34,879 bases of DNA, from positions 1 to 34,879 of the IMG/VR virus record IMGVR_UViG_3300012662_000005; one strand, 5' to 3'. The notes under the pieces were generated by a model, which searched no databases, was not told the DNA's origin, and was given only the letters and a program-made list of their open reading frames with translations. Shown piece after piece: positions 30,084 to 34,879 of this stretch. The DNA is from a virus. Numbering within the stretch: position 1 is the first letter of the stretch; each line of letters begins with the position of its first letter. The position numbers and the translations under genes are program-made.

Positions 30084-30441
30084 AGCAATCGTCTTATTTG
30101 CAATTTTTCTGGCTGGCTGCGCTGGCAAGGGCGCGACCGATGCGCAGATTGACGCCGCAATCGCTGGCGCGGATTCCCTGCAAGAATCCATCGCCGACCT
30201 TGGGAAACAGATAGACAAGGCGTGCGGGGGCGCGTATTCCTCGCGTTTTTCCATTTTGGAAAATCAGGCAAAAGCCCTGCGCGTGCAAATTCAATCCATT
30301 GCGCCCGCCGCAAAGGCGGACATCGCCCGCTGGAAATCGCAAAGCGAAAAGCGGGGCATCATCATTTTGGGGCTATTGACCGCGTTGGTCGCCCTTGGCT
30401 ATGTGTGCGCGAAAAAAACAGGATTGCGATTCCTGCGCTGA
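30076..30441 (+). CDS. lipoprotein with C-terminal TM helix (unimolecular spanin architecture)
   Basis: 121 aa from ATG 30076. Lipobox LFAIFLAGC|AG, a helical middle region, and a C-terminal TM GIIILGLLTALVALGYV followed by KK. Confidence 0.55.
   Translation: MNKAIVLFAIFLAGCAGKGATDAQIDAAIAGADSLQESIADLGKQIDKACGGAYSSRFSILENQAKALRVQIQSIAPAAKADIARWKSQSEKRGIIILGLLTALVALGYVCAKKTGLRFLR
30248..30262. promoter_or_regulatory. 15-bp palindrome TTTCCATTTTGGAAA (copy 3, inside the spanin-like CDS)
   Basis: Exact match to 11484..11498 and 11556..11570. Confidence 0.4.
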
Positions 30442-30802
30442 TATTTGCTGCTTATCTGGCCTGCCAATCTTGAACCGCAAAGATTGGACGCGGGAACATT
30501 ACGCGCCAAAATCACGCGTTCCCTACTATATCGCCCAGAATCCCTACAATATCCGTCCTGCGCTGGCAATAATCAACCACATCAAGGGTAATCTGTTCCC
30601 TTGCGAATGGCAGGATGCGCGCCTGCGCTTGTGCTATCGGGCGTTGCAGAATTACCACTTAAAGCCCGCATGGCGACAGCAAGTCCGCGCAGCAATTACA
30701 AATTATGAATCAGTCCCTGCATCAGATCCATGCGCGGATTGCATTTGCCGATTTTATCGCAAATATTGCCCCCAGAATTTGGGGCTTGACAGGGGTCGTT
30801 AA
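30401..30802 (+). CDS. HNH endonuclease
   Basis: 133 aa from ATG 30401. C..C..CC, then TREHYAPKS, then N...AIINHIKGN, an HNH-like pattern. Confidence 0.6.
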   Translation: MCARKKQDCDSCADICCLSGLPILNRKDWTREHYAPKSRVPYYIAQNPYNIRPALAIINHIKGNLFPCEWQDARLRLCYRALQNYHLKPAWRQQVRAAITNYESVPASDPCADCICRFYRKYCPQNLGLDRGR

Positions 30803-30919
30803 ATCCGAGTATGATTATATTGTCTTGGGGAGGACGCTTAAAATTTCCATTGCCGCGCGGGGCATAAAAGCCGCATAACCGCCCAGCAGGGGCTATATCT
30901 GCAAAATAGGAGCAACAAA

Positions 30920-31492
30920 ATGACCGTTCAAGAATTACTGGACAAAATCTTTGATGGCAAAGAAACAATGAATAAAGCCGATGTATCGGCAGCGATTGAA
31001 TCATCTGGCGCAAAGTTGGCTGATTTGACCGAGGGCAAATACATCAGCGTTGATAAGCATGCCGCAGAATTGCGCGACAAAGAAACCGCGTTAAAATCCG
31101 ATTACGAGGCGAAATTGGCGGGCAAGGACGCAGAATTAAAGCGGTTTGATGGGATTGACCCAGATGCCGCCCGCAAAGCACCTGAACAGATTGCCGAATT
31201 GCAAAAGCAGTCCGCAATCCGTGAATCATTGCTGGTTCACCGCGTGCGCGACATCACATCGGCGATGCCGAACATTGATGTCAATAAAGTTGTTTTCAAT
31301 GCCGAAACAAAGGCATTTGACGGCTTGGATGACCAGATTGATGCTTTGGCAAAAAATAAACCGTTCTTGTTTGATAATGGTCAGCCCGCTGGCACGAAAT
31401 CATCGGGAACAAAATCAGGAACTGGCAACCCGCCTGCTGATGGCATTGACGAAACCGCAATGCGTAAAGCGATGGGTCTTGCCGCAAAATAA
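30920..31492 (+). CDS. scaffolding protein (GP20-like)
   Basis: 190-aa helical, acidic/Lys-rich ORF with an AGGAG SD, immediately upstream of the major capsid gene. Confidence 0.7.
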   Translation: MTVQELLDKIFDGKETMNKADVSAAIESSGAKLADLTEGKYISVDKHAAELRDKETALKSDYEAKLAGKDAELKRFDGIDPDAARKAPEQIAELQKQSAIRESLLVHRVRDITSAMPNIDVNKVVFNAETKAFDGLDDQIDALAKNKPFLFDNGQPAGTKSSGTKSGTGNPPADGIDETAMRKAMGLAAK

Positions 31493-31504
31493 AAAGGCGA
31501 AAAA

Positions 31505-32398
31505 ATGGCTAACAGCATTACATTGACCGATAAATTTATTGCCGCTTTGGACGAAGTTTATACGACCGAATCCAAGACCGCCCGTTTGGAAACATCAGGC
31601 GTTCTGGTGCGCAGCACCGATGATGGCAAGACGTGGAAAATCGGCAAATTGACCTTGCAGGGCGCAGGCACATACAGTCGCGCAAACGGATTCCCGAAAG
31701 GCAATGTCGTTTTAACATGGGAATCATTCACTTTTGAAAACGACCGCGGTCGCACTTTTAGCGTTGACGCGATGGACGACCAAGAGGCGTTGAATCTGGT
31801 TGTTGCAAACGTTCTGTCTACTTTTTTACGCGAAAAAATCGTGCCTGAAATGGACGCAGTCCGTTTTGCAAAATATTATACAAACGCGGGCATCAAGACC
31901 GAGGAAACAATCTCAACAGCCGCCGCCGCAAAAGCCGCGTTGTCCCGCGACTTGCAGGCACAGGTTGACAAAGACGTTCCAGCAGAAGGTAAGGTTATTT
32001 TCTGCTCGCCAGCATTCTATGGCTTGCTGCGCGACTCTGTCGGCCGCACCACATTCAACGGCGATGGTTCAATCAACCAGCGCATCAACGATTGGGATGG
32101 CAACGCAGTTGTTCAAGTCCCGTCATCGCGCTTTAACACAAGCGTGACCCTGAAAGACGGCACAACGTCTGGTCAGGAGGAAGGCGGCTACACAGCGGCG
32201 GGCAAGACAATCAATTACATGATTATTGATCCGCGCGCTGTCGTTCAGATTACAAAGCATCAGGCGATTCGTTCGTTCTCGCCAGATGTCAACCAAGAAG
32301 CGGATGCGTGGAAAATTGACTACCGCGTATATCACGATGCTTGGGTTCTGGACAACAAAAAGAACGGCATCGCGGCATCAGCACCTGCTGCTGACTAA
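31505..32398 (+). CDS. major capsid protein
   Basis: 297 aa directly after the scaffold gene and followed by a strong terminator. The N-terminus MANSITLTDKFIAALDEVY is typical of SPP1-like capsid proteins. Confidence 0.85.
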   Translation: MANSITLTDKFIAALDEVYTTESKTARLETSGVLVRSTDDGKTWKIGKLTLQGAGTYSRANGFPKGNVVLTWESFTFENDRGRTFSVDAMDDQEALNLVVANVLSTFLREKIVPEMDAVRFAKYYTNAGIKTEETISTAAAAKAALSRDLQAQVDKDVPAEGKVIFCSPAFYGLLRDSVGRTTFNGDGSINQRINDWDGNAVVQVPSSRFNTSVTLKDGTTSGQEEGGYTAAGKTINYMIIDPRAVVQITKHQAIRSFSPDVNQEADAWKIDYRVYHDAWVLDNKKNGIAASAPAAD

Positions 32399-32404
32399 TC
32401 CGCG

Positions 32405-32434
32405 CTGGGCGGGCGAAAACCCGCCCAGATTTTG
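32405..32434 (+). terminator. rho-independent terminator after the capsid gene
   Basis: ctgggcggg-cgaaaa-cccgcccag (9-bp perfect stem) followed by ATTTTGATTT. Confidence 0.8.
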
Positions 32435-32454
32435 ATTTATTAAAGGGGACAATT

Positions 32455-32631
32455 ATGAATCATACAGATATTTACAAAGACGGGATAACCCGCACAGTTT
32501 CCAATGCCGAATTGTCCGATTGGACGCGGCGCGGCTGGAAAGTCGTTGCCAAGAAAAACGGCAAAGGTGGAAAAGGCGGCAAAGACGGCAAAGGTGCGCC
32601 TGATGCACCTGATAATTCTGACGCTGAATAA
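32455..32631 (+). CDS. 58-aa protein with a Lys/Gly-rich tail (below the track cutoff)
   Basis: AAAGGGGA SD then ATG 32455. The C-terminus is KKNGKGGKGGKDGKGAPDAPDNSDAE. Confidence 0.5.
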   Translation: MNHTDIYKDGITRTVSNAELSDWTRRGWKVVAKKNGKGGKGGKDGKGAPDAPDNSDAE

Positions 32632-32635
32632 TTCC

Positions 32636-32671
32636 AATCCCCGCAAATCGGGTTGCTCCTTTGCGGGGATT
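32636..32671 (+). other. 12-bp perfect stem hairpin
   Basis: aatccccgcaaa-N12-tttgcggggatt. No clear T tract follows. Confidence 0.6.
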
Positions 32672-32691
32672 CTGCAAAGGGGCTTTTTGCT

Positions 32692-33075
32692 ATGACGACT
32701 TTATTGAATTTTGAAAAATACAACGAATTATATCCAAATTTCCCGATTGACCAAGATGAGTTCAGCGGGCTGTCGCAAGCCGCCGAGGATTCAATCGTTG
32801 CGCTGGTTGAAAACCGCCTTATTCTGGGCGTCTGGTGCGCGGATTTTGAGGCAGCATTATATGGCGACAATTCGCAACCTGATTTTGTTGCCGCAATGCA
32901 AAAGATTATCGGGCAGGAAATTCAGGTGCTTTATCAGGCAAACGGTCTGCATGCCACAACTGGCGGCGCGGATTCTGGCGCGCTGCAAAAGATTGACGGT
33001 GTGCCGTTCGGGCAATACACAATCAACGCCCTGATTGCGTTGCTGCGCAAAAACGGGTTCATGCGGAGGGCATAA
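32692..33075 (+). CDS. head-tail connector/adaptor protein (candidate)
   Basis: 127 aa from ATG 32692 (AAAGGGG SD). First gene after the capsid block. Confidence 0.55.
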   Translation: MTTLLNFEKYNELYPNFPIDQDEFSGLSQAAEDSIVALVENRLILGVWCADFEAALYGDNSQPDFVAAMQKIIGQEIQVLYQANGLHATTGGADSGALQKIDGVPFGQYTINALIALLRKNGFMRRA

Positions 33076-33500
33076 TGGCTACAAGTATGAAATCGGCATC
33101 GCCTGATTTGATTCCGCGCAGATTGCGCCCGTTTAACATGGCGTATTATGTTGCGCTGGGCGAAAATGACGACGGCGAATTGGAATATACGCGCGTTCTG
33201 GTGCGGCGCGTGCGCGTTGAAAAGCGGCGGGGCAACGCCCGCGGGCTTGACGGGCATGATGCGGCTGACCAAAATGTTATCACAATAGAGTTCCGCGATT
33301 GCAACATTGCAGAATTAAATTTGCCAAAATACGACAAAGATTTTCTGCTGATTTATAGCGATGGGCAGACGCCGCCCGATGAAAATTTGACGCCAGAATC
33401 GGCAAAGATTGCGGGGCTGATGCCTTGGTCGCCGAATCAGATTACGCCGAAATTCAATGTCGCGGGGCAACTGGTTCAGATGGAAATTCTGGCCAATTAA
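33075..33500 (+). CDS. head closure / minor capsid-type protein (candidate)
   Basis: 141 aa with a TAATG overlap and a GGAGGG SD. Assigned by synteny. Confidence 0.5.
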   Translation: MATSMKSASPDLIPRRLRPFNMAYYVALGENDDGELEYTRVLVRRVRVEKRRGNARGLDGHDAADQNVITIEFRDCNIAELNLPKYDKDFLLIYSDGQTPPDENLTPESAKIAGLMPWSPNQITPKFNVAGQLVQMEILAN

Positions 33501-33519
33501 AAAAGAAACGGAGGGCAAG

Positions 33520-34113
33520 ATGGACAGATTCAATCAATGTTTTGAATTTATCAAGAAAATGGAGGGGGGCTATAATTGCGTAAAAGGCGACACAGGCGGG
33601 CAAACAATTTTTGGCATCGCGCAGGCGTTCAATAGTGATTTGCTTGTCTGGGGCGAAATTTTGGGGCAATTCGGCGGGGAAATCCGCACTATGCTGAACC
33701 AAGGGAAAAGCATCAGCGGCAATAGCCCCCTTGCGCGCAAGATAACCGCTTGGGTTGCGGCGCGTCCCGACCTGATGTCTGAAATTAAAGCATGCTATTA
33801 TCACCGCTATTGGATTCCGTCTTGCGCATATTGCTTTGATGCGCCGATTGATATTCTGCTGATGGACGGGTATTTTAATATGGGCATTGGGGCAAAGAAA
33901 CTGATCCAAGAATGGGCAGGCGTTCCTGCTGATGGAATTATAGGGAAACAATCGCGCGCTGCGATTCGCGCATGCAAGAAAGACCCTGCCGAATTGATTA
34001 TGATGCGCTGGGAATATTATCAGACGCGACCAGCGTTTGCCCGATTCGGGCGCGGCTGGAAATCGCGCTTGATTGAATTGGCGAAATTCTGCAAAATATG
34101 GGTTGACCTATGA
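33520..34113 (+). CDS. GH108-family lysozyme with a PG_binding_3-like C-terminus (endolysin)
   Basis: 197 aa from ATG 33520 (GGAGGG SD). FEFIKKMEGGYNCVKGDTGGQTIFGI matches the GH108 signature EGGY..D.GG.T.fGI. Confidence 0.8.
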   Translation: MDRFNQCFEFIKKMEGGYNCVKGDTGGQTIFGIAQAFNSDLLVWGEILGQFGGEIRTMLNQGKSISGNSPLARKITAWVAARPDLMSEIKACYYHRYWIPSCAYCFDAPIDILLMDGYFNMGIGAKKLIQEWAGVPADGIIGKQSRAAIRACKKDPAELIMMRWEYYQTRPAFARFGRGWKSRLIELAKFCKIWVDL

Positions 34114-34460
34114 AAATAAAAGTTGATGTTGATTTGGGCGGTCTATTTTCGCTTGATGAAACAGTCCGCGAAAGGGCGCGACTGGCGCAGCGGCGGCTGG
34201 CATCTGCGGTCTTGCGCGATTCACAGCGATATATTCCGTTCAGAACTGGCATGCTGAAACGCAGCGGGGATATTATCAGCAATTCAACGATTGTGCGCTG
34301 GGCGACCAGATATGCCGAGGCGGTTTATAGAATGGCGCAAGCGCGCATCAAGCAGGTTAAAAATCCGCATGCGCATTCTGCGTGGTTCAAACACGCACAG
34401 AATCTGCACGGCGAACAATGGCGTAAATTGGTATCGGACACGATGCAAGGGAAAATTTAA
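34110..34460 (+). CDS. head-tail joining protein (HK97 gp10-like / minor capsid-type)
   Basis: 116 aa, ATGA-coupled. YIPFRTGMLKRSG...YAEAVY is typical of this family. Confidence 0.55.
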   Translation: MKIKVDVDLGGLFSLDETVRERARLAQRRLASAVLRDSQRYIPFRTGMLKRSGDIISNSTIVRWATRYAEAVYRMAQARIKQVKNPHAHSAWFKHAQNLHGEQWRKLVSDTMQGKI

Positions 34461-34470
34461 GGGGGCATGA

Positions 34471-34879
34471 ATGGCAGAAATTCAGGCGCAAAAACTGTTT
34501 TATGACTGGCTGAAAACGCAACTTGGGGGATTCAAGCAATGGACGGATTCGGGCTTGCTATACGAGGAAATCGCACAACGCCCGCCAACCCTTGCATATT
34601 CAGCAGAGCCAGCGTCAACCCGCCGCACCAAGTATATCGGCGCGCCTTACAAAATCGTTGACTTTATGTTTAGGATTGAGTATAAAATTAAAGGGGACAG
34701 CACAGCGGGACGCGCCCGCGGGACGCAGCCGCTGAATGCCCTTGCAGAGTTCTTTGATAGCATCACCGCTGATGATTTGGCGGCGATAAATATCGGGGAA
34801 ACCCGCACCGCCACGGGGCTGGAAATCGTAGAGTTGCCAGCAAAGGCCGAGCAGGGCGAGAATAGCGACCAAACCTATT
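34471..34879 (+). CDS. 5' part of the wrap-around CDS (tail terminator / tail-to-head joining position), continuing to 118
   Basis: AAGGGGG SD then ATG 34471. No stop before the end of the window. The frame continues across the 80-bp overlap to TAA 116..118. Confidence 0.65.
   Translation, partial: MAEIQAQKLFYDWLKTQLGGFKQWTDSGLLYEEIAQRPPTLAYSAEPASTRRTKYIGAPYKIVDFMFRIEYKIKGDSTAGRARGTQPLNALAEFFDSITADDLAAINIGETRTATGLEIVELPAKAEQGENSDQTY
34800..34879. repeat. 80-bp terminal direct repeat (identical to 1..80)
   Basis: See the first feature. Confidence 0.95.

Noticed and set aside
1-34879. Diversity-generating retroelement, retron, or integrase/attP module
   Set aside because: No ORF shows reverse-transcriptase (YxDD) or tyrosine/serine recombinase signatures. 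No template/variable repeat pair with adenine-specific mismatches was seen, since the only long repeats are perfect.

Overview
The window is a complete tailed dsDNA phage genome. The first 80 bp (1..80) are identical to the last 80 bp (34800..34879), so it is a circularly closed or permuted contig of 34,799 unique bp, and one CDS (34471 -> 118) wraps the junction. Almost all genes are on the + strand. (1) Siphovirus-type tail module, 123..11421: major tail protein, two chaperone-position genes, an 851-aa tape measure, a lambda-like M-L-K-(I-J fusion) tip, a fibre candidate and a glycine-rich fibre protein, ending at a terminator. (2) Early/DNA-metabolism region, 11627..21574: an O-like protein with an iteron/AT-rich ori candidate inside its gene, two beta-class DPPY methyltransferases, MazG-like and HD hydrolases, a GapR-like protein, HNH, an XRE HTH, ERF recombinase and many small ORFs. 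Most early starts use the near-invariant initiation signal GGGGGAAC(A)AATG, and at least four near-identical TTGCAA-N16/17-TATAATTAAA promoter cassettes are present. (3) A 530-bp ORF-poor control region, 21575..22108, with three tandem near-consensus promoters and two terminator hairpins. (4) Late operon: a ParB-fused methyltransferase, one intact and one degenerate S-adenosylmethionine decarboxylase homologue, TerS/TerL, an SPP1-type portal and a gp7-like head protein. These are followed by a two-gene minus-strand cassette under a copy of the early promoter, a lysis-like cassette (TM protein, holin, lipoprotein with C-terminal TM, i.e. unimolecular-spanin architecture), HNH, scaffold, major capsid, connector genes interrupted by a GH108 lysin, and the tail terminator. 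I found no integrase, CI-type repressor module, DNA polymerase, helicase, tRNA, CRISPR array or reverse transcriptase. The most unusual items are: the SAM-centred module (ParB-MTase plus tandem AdoMetDC-like genes); G/C homopolymers of 8 nt or more in all three methyltransferase genes; a perfect 32-bp inverted repeat linking the fibre gene to an early secreted Cys-rich peptide gene; a 15-bp palindrome present three times; and the promoter/terminator-dense non-coding region. All functional calls come from motifs and synteny read by eye. No database search was run.
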